From Candidatus Latescibacterota bacterium (GTDB lineage: Bacteria; Latescibacterota; UBA2968; UBA8231), in the NCBI GenBank assembly GCA_965206595.1, contig OZ242214.1, positions 2,720,001-2,784,000 on the forward strand: DNA of 64,000 nucleotides, given 5' to 3'. The notes beneath the pieces are model-generated. The model was not told the DNA's origin, did no database searches, and was given only the letters and a program-made list of their open reading frames with translations. The stretch's first letter is position 1; every line of letters begins with the position of its first letter. The position numbers and the translations under genes were made by a program. Shown here piece after piece: positions 38,754 through 48,235 of this stretch.

Positions 38754-40490
38754 TCACAAGCTACCGCTACGCAACTCGCCTCCTACGACTGTGGCGACAG
38801 GCTCAATCGTGTGGATTCTGTCTGTATCCATTTCGAACAGGTTTTCCGGAAGGACAATAAAGTCTGCGATCATCTTGGCCTTGATGGAGCCGATTCGTCC
38901 CTGCTGTCCGAGTTGTGCGGCACCGTTGACCGTATAGCCAGCAAGGGCCTGTGCCAGTGAGATTCTGGCATCCAGGGGCGGCATGATAGCGGCATCGACC
39001 TTCCCCGGTTCCTGTCGTGTCATACTCATTTCAATGCCGAGAAAGGGGCTCACCCTCAGCGGATTGTACACCACGTCGCTGGACAGGGTGACGTTGACCT
39101 GCTGGCGCATGAACTCCCCGACAGCCTGAGAGCGGGAGGCTCTCTCCGGTCCTACGTTAATCTCCTCTGCATCGCTGTACACCGTTCCGCCAAACCAGTG
39201 TGGAGTAAAGTCGGCGTGTACATCCAGCTCTTGAAAGCGCCCTATGTCGCTGTCGGCAACTGAGAACAGATGGCTTAGCGTGACCTCGATTCCCAAGGGA
39301 CGTGCCAGCATTATCTGAGCCTGTTCTACCGCGTCCAGGATGTTCCTGGTAGCCCGGTCGCCCGACGAGTGCAGGTGCAGATCGATATCCTCCCTATCCA
39401 GCTCCTGTACGAAGTCACTCAATCGCTGCGTAGTGAACAATACGCCGCCATAGTTATCAGGGTCGGTGGCATAGGGCTCCAGCATGGCGGCTGTAAGAAT
39501 GTCCGGCATCCCATCGTAGTGAATTTTGATGGTGTTGAACTGCAGCTTACCGTAGGCATACTGATCCCTCAGATGGAGCAGGGATTCGACTGCCGTATCA
39601 ATCTGATCCGGTGCCCATATGTGGTAAGAACCTTCCCAACGTAAGGGGAGGTTGCCTTCTCGTGCAATGTCGTGTGCTGCCTGATAGACCTTATCGTCCA
39701 TGTTAAAGTTGCCGGCATCCCACAGGGTTGTGATACCCTTGCTTGACATGTAGTTCAAGTATTTCAGCAGCCGTTCCTTCAGCTCGTCATCACCCGGTAC
39801 GAACTTGTCTCCGAAGTATGGCAGCAGGGCGAACTCCTTGACCCAGCCGGTAGGTTCGCCATTCTCGTCACGAACGAAATAAGACAGGTTCCTGCTGAGA
39901 TCCGGAGTGTTTCTATCGATGCCGAGCCACCGCAGGAAGGCGGAATTTACCCAATAGCTGTGTCCCGAATTGTCGTTCAAAATGATGGATCTCCGTTTGG
40001 AGATATTATCCAAGTCTCTCTTGTGCGGACCGTCAGGCAAGTAGGTGGAAAGATCCCATACTCCCTGTCTGATTACAAGGGTAAACGGGTTGTCGTCGGC
40101 GTACTGCTGTAGCCAGGATAACGTAGCCTCTTTTGGAGTGGACGGCATTCTGTCCGGAGGAACCCAGGTTTCGTCCAGAACCGACAAATTGCCTCCAGTG
40201 GCAATCAGGCCGGGATGAGTATGTGAATCGATTATACCCGGCATCACGAACTGATTCTTCAAGTCTACAACCTTGGCTCCCCCGGCGATGTATTGCATGG
40301 CTTCCTGAGTAGAGCCGCCGACGAAGATAATCCTGTCGCCTAATGTTACCAGGGACTCAGCCCAAGGTAGATCGGGGTCCTGCGTATAGATCCGTCCATT
40401 CAAATACACCGTTTGGACGGCTGGCTCGGAGGCTATAGCGGCTCCAGCGAACCCTACAACACAAGGCAACCATCTCATAAGGGTTGTCAT
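38754..40490 (-). CDS. Exported amidohydrolase-3 (YtcJ-like) metallohydrolase
   Basis: PGIIDSHTHP, KIHYDG, HLHSSGD, LSSD, GSIKAKMIADFIVL. Confidence 0.9.
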   Translation of the reverse strand: MTTLMRWLPCVVGFAGAAIASEPAVQTVYLNGRIYTQDPDLPWAESLVTLGDRIIFVGGSTQEAMQYIAGGAKVVDLKNQFVMPGIIDSHTHPGLIATGGNLSVLDETWVPPDRMPSTPKEATLSWLQQYADDNPFTLVIRQGVWDLSTYLPDGPHKRDLDNISKRRSIILNDNSGHSYWVNSAFLRWLGIDRNTPDLSRNLSYFVRDENGEPTGWVKEFALLPYFGDKFVPGDDELKERLLKYLNYMSSKGITTLWDAGNFNMDDKVYQAAHDIAREGNLPLRWEGSYHIWAPDQIDTAVESLLHLRDQYAYGKLQFNTIKIHYDGMPDILTAAMLEPYATDPDNYGGVLFTTQRLSDFVQELDREDIDLHLHSSGDRATRNILDAVEQAQIMLARPLGIEVTLSHLFSVADSDIGRFQELDVHADFTPHWFGGTVYSDAEEINVGPERASRSQAVGEFMRQQVNVTLSSDVVYNPLRVSPFLGIEMSMTRQEPGKVDAAIMPPLDARISLAQALAGYTVNGAAQLGQQGRIGSIKAKMIADFIVLPENLFEMDTDRIHTIEPVATVVGGELRSGSL

Positions 40491-41298
40491 TCTCTTCTTC
40501 CTTCTCGGGAGGGGCGAAAAGAAACTCCACAGCTGTTTTACAGCCGAGTGGGGGTTTTTACAATCCAGTAGTCCACAAAATAGCTGTTTTCTTCAGAATC
40601 GAATTCAGGCGCATCTATGGCGACAGCGTGGGCGAAAGTGCCTCGGGGTTCATCCCCCTGACGCTGAAACAAGAGGTCGTCGTCCTCCCAGGCAAGGATC
40701 GAAATCAGAACACCGATCAGCAAAAATGCGATGGGACTGAACCCGTTGGGGGGCTTCCTCGGTCCCCGGCATGGAAAGAGGATGCGGAAGCCGAATCCGG
40801 GAATTCGGGAGAACTGCCGCGCCCTTCTTCCTTCCACCTTGGCAGGTAATCATGACGATTCTACCAGCTAAAGGATAGGCGGAACGAATTCCACCTACCC
40901 CTTGGTCGGCTCCCTACCGGCTGCGCCAGTGGTTCAAGACGATCTGAATACGGATTCGATTTTCTTTCTTGTTTCGTCCTTCATGGGGTTCCTTTCGGGG
41001 ACAGGTTGGCGCTTGCAGATCCAGGAGATCAGGAAGCTGGATAACGCGCGCATGGATCAGAGCGGGGGGGGTTCGGTCCACGGAGTGAAATGTCCAATTT
41101 TGGACATTTCGTATTTCTCCGATGGCGAGGAGAGAGAATTAGTGGCAGAGGGAATCGAAGACGGGTTTTTGACGAATCGGCATAAATGCTGGAGTGCTCT
41201 TTCCGGCTCAAGAGCCTACGCTCGGGGGCATAGCTCAATAGACGGACAAGAGGCTCCAGCCAAGTGCCTTCCAGCCTGAACGATCCCCCCTGCCGCAA

Positions 41299-41457
41299 CT
41301 ATCCGTCATCGTCTCCAGTTCTCTTTTCTTCTTCGGGGTCTTCCTTCTCCTTCTCGCTGCACGGGATGCATATGTGCTGCTCCGGAGCGGGCCTGTAGAA
41401 CAGGTGCCAGGGCCTGATTTCCTGGCCGCATACGCAGCAGACGGGCTTGAATACCAT
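41299..41457 (-). CDS. Small CxxC...CxxC Zn-finger-like protein
   Basis: CCVC...CIPC; starts 4 nt after the XRE copy 2 stop. Confidence 0.6.
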   Translation of the reverse strand: MVFKPVCCVCGQEIRPWHLFYRPAPEQHICIPCSEKEKEDPEEEKRTGDDDG

Positions 41458-41461
41458 CTTG

Positions 41462-41668
41462 TTACGACCCAGCTTTGTAGGAAAGGCGTAAGCCATTTTC
41501 CTGGTGATGGATGATGGCTCCCATGAGACGGAGATACCGTTCCGGCATCGTTCGTTTCCCCTTCTCCCACAGGCACACCTCGGCCTCACTGACACCCAGG
41601 GCGAGGCCCAGCTCCCATTGCTTCATGCCGAGGGCGTCTCTCGCCCTTTTCAGCTGGTCTTGGGTCAT
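41462..41668 (-). CDS. XRE-family HTH regulator, copy 2
   Basis: Near-identical to 38019-38264, inverted. Confidence 0.9.
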   Translation of the reverse strand: MTQDQLKRARDALGMKQWELGLALGVSEAEVCLWEKGKRTMPERYLRLMGAIIHHQENGLRLSYKAGS

Positions 41669-42197
41669 TTGCAGTCTCCATTTTCAAAGGATGATTGTCG
41701 GTGGACACCGACAGAAAGGCACAGAACGGCCCTGAACCGGCCTTGAAGCGGAAAGCCGGAAGCAGGGTGTTGAGAGGGTATTCGGGTTACGGCAGGATCG
41801 GGATTAGAGGGAGAATCCCGTGGCAGAATTTCAGCGATCCGGCAGCGGCAACTGCGTCTGCTTCACTTCATTGCGAGGATAACGTGTGCCGAGGCTAGAA
41901 GGCACGAGATCGCCCCGGTGCCCGAGACCATCTCGGGCAATGAAAATCGCCTTGGCGGCGGGGGTGGGGAAGTAGGAAACCGTGATTCTGTGGGATGCAG
42001 TCCTTCTGGATCAGAAAGCGTGGTCGAAGTCCTGCAGGGGAGGGAGAATAATCAGCGGGAACCCGACATTTGCTGCGGGCTCTGGTGACAGATTGGCCCT
42101 ATGAAGATAGAGTGGAAGCACTGGCTTTCAAGAAGAAACTGCGTATATTCACAGTATTCTATTGTCCACCAGTGCACGGGTGTGCAGGAGGGTCCAG

Positions 42198-42443
42198 ATG
42201 AAAAAGAAATTAGAGATTAGGGATGAGGCTATTGAGGCAGTGTATAGTGGTTTGTATGGATTGAACAGACCCTTTCGTTGTAGAGCCAAGACTGGTGAGC
42301 CTCTAAGTATAGCTTGGTGTCAAGAGGAAGACCCCCCTGTAGTCGGTCGAACGGGATTTCACGAATCTTTCACACGTGAAGAAGCAGAATTCAACATGCC
42401 GTTAGGTACTACAGAATGGTTTGAATCAGACGAACTGAATTAG
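42198..42443 (+). CDS. Small hypothetical protein
   Basis: AGGAGG RBS before ATG. Confidence 0.5.
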   Translation: MKKKLEIRDEAIEAVYSGLYGLNRPFRCRAKTGEPLSIAWCQEEDPPVVGRTGFHESFTREEAEFNMPLGTTEWFESDELN

Positions 42444-42478
42444 CGATATGTTGACCAGAAGCAAAAGGAGATGTAATT

Positions 42479-43012
42479 ATGAAAGAGATTATCTCTCCAC
42501 AAACCAGAACTGATGTGTGGGAAGGAAAGTGCTACATCGACTTTCTAAGCCGATACTATGGGAGTCTTTCGGATAAATACGCAAACTACCATATGTACCT
42601 CAGATTTTTTCTCCTAGCCCCTGTAGGGAGTATCTATGTGTACATCAAAGACTATCCTTGGGCTGGAGAAATTTCTGTGATCTCTGGAGTACTGATAGGT
42701 GTTTTCGCCGTATGGGATCACCTGTCTGCCTATCAGAAAAAGCATACCGTGGCAAATATGATTGCAAGGGAATGCCAGACATTGGAAGTAGAATTCAATG
42801 ATTTATGGAATTCCGCGAATTCCAATCTCATTGGGAATGATGAAGCCAAACGCCAACTCAAGGTGTTAAATAGGAAAAGGACAGCAACCACGACTGTGGC
42901 TAGGCTATCAGGGATAACCCACGACGACTATGCCTTGAGGGATAAGATGGAAGAAGAATCGAACGTATTTGTTGAAGGGCGACGAAAACCTATGAAAGGA
43001 GAATTGGCATGA
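42479..43012 (+). CDS. Two-TM protein with a helical tail, SLATT-like
   Basis: AAGGAG RBS; two adjacent hydrophobic helices followed by an amphipathic helix. Confidence 0.5.
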   Translation: MKEIISPQTRTDVWEGKCYIDFLSRYYGSLSDKYANYHMYLRFFLLAPVGSIYVYIKDYPWAGEISVISGVLIGVFAVWDHLSAYQKKHTVANMIARECQTLEVEFNDLWNSANSNLIGNDEAKRQLKVLNRKRTATTTVARLSGITHDDYALRDKMEEESNVFVEGRRKPMKGELA

Positions 43013-43140
43013 GCCAGAGAGAAAATGAAGTTCGTGGAGATCCAAGTAGAAGAACTCCTCCTCCTCCTCCTCCTCCTCCCCCACCACCACCACCAGAACC
43101 AACCCCTTCACAGCCAAGCCAAGGTGATCAAGACGCCTAA
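43009..43140 (+). CDS. 43-aa micro-ORF with 13 consecutive prolines
   Basis: AAGGAG RBS, ATGA overlap; MSQRENEVRGDPSRRT-P13-EPTPSQPSQGDQDA. Confidence 0.6.
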   Translation: MSQRENEVRGDPSRRTPPPPPPPPPPPPPEPTPSQPSQGDQDA

Positions 43141-43284
43141 AAGTCCATGAGACTACTGAGCCCATCCCTTGGATACCCCGGGGAACATCGCTCGGGCACT
43201 TCTGATGGGCCGGCCCGCCAGAAGGCTGGACTCAGGAAGAAGTTGATGAAGAGGACGACGTAGGATCTGAACAAAGGAGCTATA

Positions 43285-43491
43285 ATGGCGCGCTACTATG
43301 TAAATAAGAACGCACAGTCGAATGGAGATCATGAAGTTCACACAACAGGATGCTCATGGCTACCTGAATTTGAAAACCGAATCTATCTTGGGGACTTTCT
43401 TACCTGTTATCCAGCGGTTGTCGAAGCCCGGAAATATTACTCGCAGGTGAACGGATGTTACTACTGCTCAAACTCCTGCCATACAGGCTGA
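43285..43491 (+). CDS. Small conserved Cys/His protein
   Basis: YYVNKNAQSNGDHEVH...C...GCYYCSNSCH; AAGGAG RBS. Confidence 0.75.
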   Translation: MARYYVNKNAQSNGDHEVHTTGCSWLPEFENRIYLGDFLTCYPAVVEARKYYSQVNGCYYCSNSCHTG

Positions 43492-44461
43492 TCGGCGATT
43501 TTGGAATTTTCCATCGTCCTTTCATCCTCTAAATCGATGCGTTCTAGCATCCTTCCGTACCCGCCAATGATTCGCCACGGTACGGATCCCACCCGCATTC
43601 AAAGCCGCAACGGGATAATTCCCTTTCTTTTACATAAGGTTATACCAGATTTTTTGTAAATTCGCGCTTTTTATCGGGACTCTACCGCCTCTTTGTCGGG
43701 GGGGTATGTCTCCCTTTTTCCGAAAGGATCAGGGGCGGAATGGGGCTAACTCCCTTCGCCTCCCTCTTTGGTTCTCTCCCTTTGGCCTTGCGCAGTTGAT
43801 TCCCAGTCTTGCGCAGTTTGTTGCGAGCTGCTGAATCCTTGGCGATTGGGCCTCGAAGTCGAAGGAACGCTGCGAAGTGCCGTTCCTTTCGGCGATTTTC
43901 TTCTGCTTGCCGGATCGGCATCCCCCTTTGTCTCCATGTCAGGTTCGAACTTCTTGGCCGGTTCCCTGAGCTTCGGTCAGAAAGGTGCCAGAGCCTTCAA
44001 AGCCTGATCCACGGAGGTAAATTGCCCCAATTTGGGTTAATTAATAGCCGTACTCCGGGTGATGCCGACGGCTCGCCCTCTCCGAAGAGAGGAAGTCGCG
44101 GGGAAACCCCGAGTCGTTCAGGAGGGTCATCACCCCGTAGCGGGCTCCCGAAGGGCCTCGTTGTTTCGTCGGTTTACGAGCACCTGGTACAGTCCCCACC
44201 GGCGGCATTCTGCCCTGGGACAACCGTCTTCGGTCAACTACGAAAATAACGACCCTTGAAAGTGAGAATCAAAACAGAAAACTGCCCGCGGAATCGGGGG
44301 TAACCTCATACCAATGTGTCAATTTTCGAATTTGCTTACGCATTGACCAAGGAATTTGCCGTAGCTTTTGGATATGGGCGATGGTCGGTACAGAACTGAT
44401 ACTGACTGACTGTGGCCTGATTGGGGGTCGGAGCAAATTGGCACTCACTAGTAGATTGACC

Positions 44462-45916
44462 ATGGCACTACGAACCGCATTCGATGACTACCTGGCATTT
44501 CTTACCAGCAACCCAGTAAACAGGGATGGCGACGACAGAAAACCATCCCCCGTTCAGGGTAGGATGCATCCGATACGCACCACGGCTGAGAGAGGCGAAT
44601 GCACGACACAGTTTACACGCTTGGTGAAAAGAACAAAAGTACAATTTGCCAAGGATCCTGACGGGGAGGGAGATGACAGATGGCGATCCAGCGTGCAGAA
44701 TGTCTTGCGGCGAGCGAGGATCTATGCAGACACACTCGACGGCGCACATTCCGCTGAGAAACTATTTCAGAGGTTCGATGCGGCCTTTTCACGGAGCGAA
44801 ATCATAACCGACACCCTGGCTCCGCTTGAGTTCGTTGAATTCTCGGCTGATGGCCCCTTTGAGTTCGGCACCTTCCGTGTAATGAAGTTCTCAGAGCTGG
44901 AATTAAGGACGATAATTGAGAACGATACTCGTGAAATATTTTGGCCAGATTCTACACTGGATACGCCCCTTCTCAGTCAATACTGGTGGCTTGTCGTCAG
45001 TGGGAAAAGGGACCCAGATTATGCAGGACAACTTTTTGAAATAACAGAGTTCCTAGAAGGACCTGTTGTTGAACGCCGGTATGGAAATTTCCCACCAGAT
45101 GTTGAACGTGCCTTAAAGGCGCTTGTCCTATTTGATTGGGACTTCGTTGGAATCTCCTACCCAGGACCGAGGGACATCGACCGTTATCTTCCGGATATAC
45201 AGAATAACGGGTGGTTTGGGTTCAACCTTCCCTTTGTCCTGCGATCCGGTGGGAGCTTGTACTGCCCGCCCCCTCAGGCACCGGACATCTCCAGACTTTC
45301 ACTTGACCCGGTCTTCGACCCCGATGGTGTTGAGTATGGCGTAAGTCCCACACGCGCCATCTATCCTGACTCCAACTCCTTTTTTCGCACAGTAACCGAA
45401 TTCGAAAGCCAGCTCAACATAGTCCGGGCTCAGACTGACCGGTGGCAGTTCATTGACGTCGCAGTCGGGTACTTGGTCAAGGCGTTTTTTTCCGACGAAC
45501 TGGATCAGCTTCTTTGGCACATAACGGCAATTGAAGCCCTGCTAGGTGAGCGAAGAGGGGGGCTGACCGAAACACTGGCTCAAAGATGTGGATTGGTCTT
45601 GAGTTCATCCAAGGAGGACCGAAAGAAAATAAAGAATTCCTTCCGGAATCTATATGACATCCGGTCGCACATTGTCCACGGAAACACTAACCAGCCCCAA
45701 GCCCGTGAAGGGCATCTTGCCATTGCCAGGAATATCGCTCGCGATGCAGTCGTGTGGTTCTTACGGTACTTGTGCTTTCTTGCTGATGACATTCCCGCGC
45801 ACGATGAACGTCATCCAGAGCGTCCCGAGCTTCTCTCTGCACTCGATATGGGGAAGGAAGAGCGCGAACGTCTCTCATACCTACTAGGGCGCCTACCACC
45901 CAGCTTTCCCAGCTAG
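44462..45916 (+). CDS. HEPN (Apea-like) domain protein
   Basis: C-terminal AIEALLG...LYDIRSHIVHG (Rx4H); start uncertain. Confidence 0.8.
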   Translation: MALRTAFDDYLAFLTSNPVNRDGDDRKPSPVQGRMHPIRTTAERGECTTQFTRLVKRTKVQFAKDPDGEGDDRWRSSVQNVLRRARIYADTLDGAHSAEKLFQRFDAAFSRSEIITDTLAPLEFVEFSADGPFEFGTFRVMKFSELELRTIIENDTREIFWPDSTLDTPLLSQYWWLVVSGKRDPDYAGQLFEITEFLEGPVVERRYGNFPPDVERALKALVLFDWDFVGISYPGPRDIDRYLPDIQNNGWFGFNLPFVLRSGGSLYCPPPQAPDISRLSLDPVFDPDGVEYGVSPTRAIYPDSNSFFRTVTEFESQLNIVRAQTDRWQFIDVAVGYLVKAFFSDELDQLLWHITAIEALLGERRGGLTETLAQRCGLVLSSSKEDRKKIKNSFRNLYDIRSHIVHGNTNQPQAREGHLAIARNIARDAVVWFLRYLCFLADDIPAHDERHPERPELLSALDMGKEERERLSYLLGRLPPSFPS

Positions 45917-46139
45917 CAAGCAATTCTGAGACAATTAACCACCCAAGAACGATGGCGGCCTACACGCTTTTAAGACTCCACCCCCTTCCGGCAGCATTTA
46001 GTCCGGCGTCAGGTCCGCCCTACTCGAAATCGCCCAGCACATAATGTCTAATGAAAGGAGGAGTTGCCTACGGCCCGACGCGCGGAAATCCGCATCCCTC
46101 CTGGATCAGGGCGGCAGCTCGCAGTTCTTCCCCAAAAGA

Positions 46140-46321
46140 ATGCTCGCATCGATCCCGATCCCACGGTGTCAATCTGGCATTCCTCCGAGTTCGGGGGTTA
46201 AAGCAGTGGGACGGGGATGTCCAATTCTCTGCATTTTCTTCTATTATTTTATACCATATTATCTTTAAATTCGCAGATGAGATTACTTAAATTACCTTGC
46301 TGAATTATGTATATAATCCCC
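46140..46321 (-). repeat. Right long terminal inverted repeat
   Basis: Reverse complement aligns with 21459-21642. Confidence 0.9.
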
Positions 46322-46868
46322 GGTCGATCTGGTATAGCAAGGTCAGATAATGATGCCCCTTGCGATACTGGATTTCATCCACGCCGAGGGCCGTGACCCG
46401 GTCGAGGCGGCGATGAGCGAGCCCATAGTCCACCACGTACTGAACGGAATGGTAGACCTGGTCCCAACTGGTCCGGAAGGAGCGCGCCACCTCGAGCCAC
46501 GACAGCTTTTTAGCCCACTGGGCCAGGAAGCAGCGGTAGACGTCGGTCAGGTGGTGCTTGCCCGTGCTCCAGGGGACCTTCTCGACGACCACCCGGCCGC
46601 AGGCTTTGCAGGCAACCCGGCGCATGCGATACACCAGAAAGACCGGAAACCCCCAGAGGGGAACAAACTCGAACAGCCGGGCCTCGGGGGCCGTGTCATA
46701 GGTGGGGGCCAAGTGACCGCAGCCGCTGCACGCGCCCCGGGAGTTCTTCCGGGGTCTGACCCTCACCCGTATCCTTCCCTGCCGGTCAAAATGACTGCCC
46801 TCAAACACAAACCGCTTGAAGGTCGTGCACCGGTTGAGTACCGTGATCAGGCGCATCATTCCCTCCAC
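46322..46868 (-). pseudogene. ISL3 transposase, N-terminal half
   Basis: Zn finger CSGC...CKAC, LGVDEIQYRKGHHYLT. Confidence 0.93.
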
Positions 46869-46996
46869 AGGTAGTTGGGATCGGTCTTGGGGGACTGTCC
46901 CAACATACCGGGGGATGATGCGCCTGTGCTACCTGGCCTCCTCTATTCCCATCGCCGCAGCGTCCCTGCCTCACCCACAGATTCTCCAGAGGAGCC

Positions 46997-48235
46997 GAAC
47001 CGATTATATCAACATTGAGATTGCCCTGTGTATTTACTGGTGCCTCGCGTAGCAACTCCGGCTTCATCGCTTGAAATACATAGAATAGATAATCTCGCCC
47101 CACGCCGTTTTGAGGAACGAATCCAACAACACTGTCTGGGAAGCACGCCTCGAAGTCGAGAACTGCGACATCACCTATGTTCGCGGCGATAGTCATTACA
47201 AGCGTCCCGGCAGGGAACATTTGGCTCACGGCGAGCCCTTTTTTGTTGAGGGTCTGCCTGTACCTAGTTATAGCCTTTTCCGCTTGGGCTACATCGCCCG
47301 TTTGAATAAACGGGTACGGCCCGTCATAGAGAGAGGGGTCGTTACGCGGTCTGTGTGTGAATTTTCCCCTTAACACCTGCGCCACCTGTTTCACTCGCCT
47401 CAGCTCCCAATGCGCTGGAACCTCTCCAAGCCACTCCACACCGGAGTCCTTGTATGACGGATGCGGCTCACCGGTTCGGACGTCGATCTGGCCCGTGACG
47501 GCTTTGTGGATGATGGCCTGCTTCTGCTCCTCCAGCAGCGCAATCAGCTTCTGCTTGGCGCGGATGTAGCGACGGATGCGACGGTTTGCGTGGTCGAGGA
47601 AGCGGACGATGGCGGTTTGTTCCGAGAAGGGAGGAAGAGGAACTAGCTGCCATGCGAAGTCTGTATACCTGAAGTCCGATGATCTTTCCCTGATACCCTT
47701 AGCAAGTGCCTGTATCCACCCGATACGAGCCATTTCACGTAGAATGTAGGCGTAGAAATAGGCGTTGACTTGGGGTCTAGGTTTACAGACTGAATAAACA
47801 GGGGACCCTTTCCCATCGGAATCGGCGATCCCGATAGCCCCGGCAAAAGCATCCATAGAGTGTATTACGAGATCCCCAGCGCGAATGCCCTGATAGCCAA
47901 TTTCCTTCAGGGACTCTGTAAACCCTGACTCACGGCGGTTTTTGCGAAGGGTCACAACACCATCCCGAAAGCATGTGATCCCCAGCGCGAATGCCCTGAT
48001 AGCCAATTTCCTTCAGGGACTCTGTAAACCCTGACTCACGGCGGTTTTTGCGAAGGGTCACAACACCATCCCGAAAGCATGTGACCACCGCATCTTCTTC
48101 TCGAACTGGTCTCTCCATTTTCTGGAATAGCCACTTTGCCCGCTCGACGCTCCAATGTGCTGGCACCTCCCCCAGCCACTCCACACCAGAGTCTTTCTTT
48201 CTTGGGTAAGGCCTGAGCGCCGGAACCACGGCCAT
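46997..48235 (-). pseudogene. hsdS: Type I specificity subunit, 5' part, frameshifted by a 106-bp tandem duplication
   Basis: KDSGVEWLGEVPAHW x2, LPPFSEQTAIVRFLD, EQKQAIIHKAVTG. Confidence 0.95.
47871..48084. repeat. Perfect 106-bp tandem duplication within hsdS TRD1
   Basis: GATCCCCAGCGCGAATG... starts at both 47871 and 47977. Confidence 0.95.

Larger units (their letters stand above)
21459..46321. mobile_element. 24,863-bp cargo transposon, IS1595 family (ISNwi1-like ends)
   Basis: Perfect 26-bp TIR GGGGATTATATACATAATTCAGCAAG, imperfect to ~180 bp; TSD GGTCGATC at 21451-21458 and 46322-46329; IS1595 transposases inside. Confidence 0.92.
20684..46996 (-). mobile_element. ISL3-family IS (~1442 bp native length) interrupted by a 24.9-kb insertion
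   Basis: IRs GGCTCGTCAGTAGAATTCGTGGGTGA / GGCTCCTCTGGAGAATCTGTGGGTGA; TSD GAACCGAT at 20676-20683 and 46997-47004. Confidence 0.95.

Noticed and set aside
43682-44010. Possible ORFs or decayed HTH gene
   Set aside because: No frame gives a recognisable protein with a start and RBS
42198-45916. Integron cassette array
   Set aside because: Small co-oriented low-GC genes, but no integrase and no convincing attC (RYYYAAC...GTTRRRY) sites were seen
21459-46321. Prophage, ICE or classical composite transposon
   Set aside because: No integrase, structural or conjugation genes; no complete IS at each end; bounded by TIRs and a TSD instead
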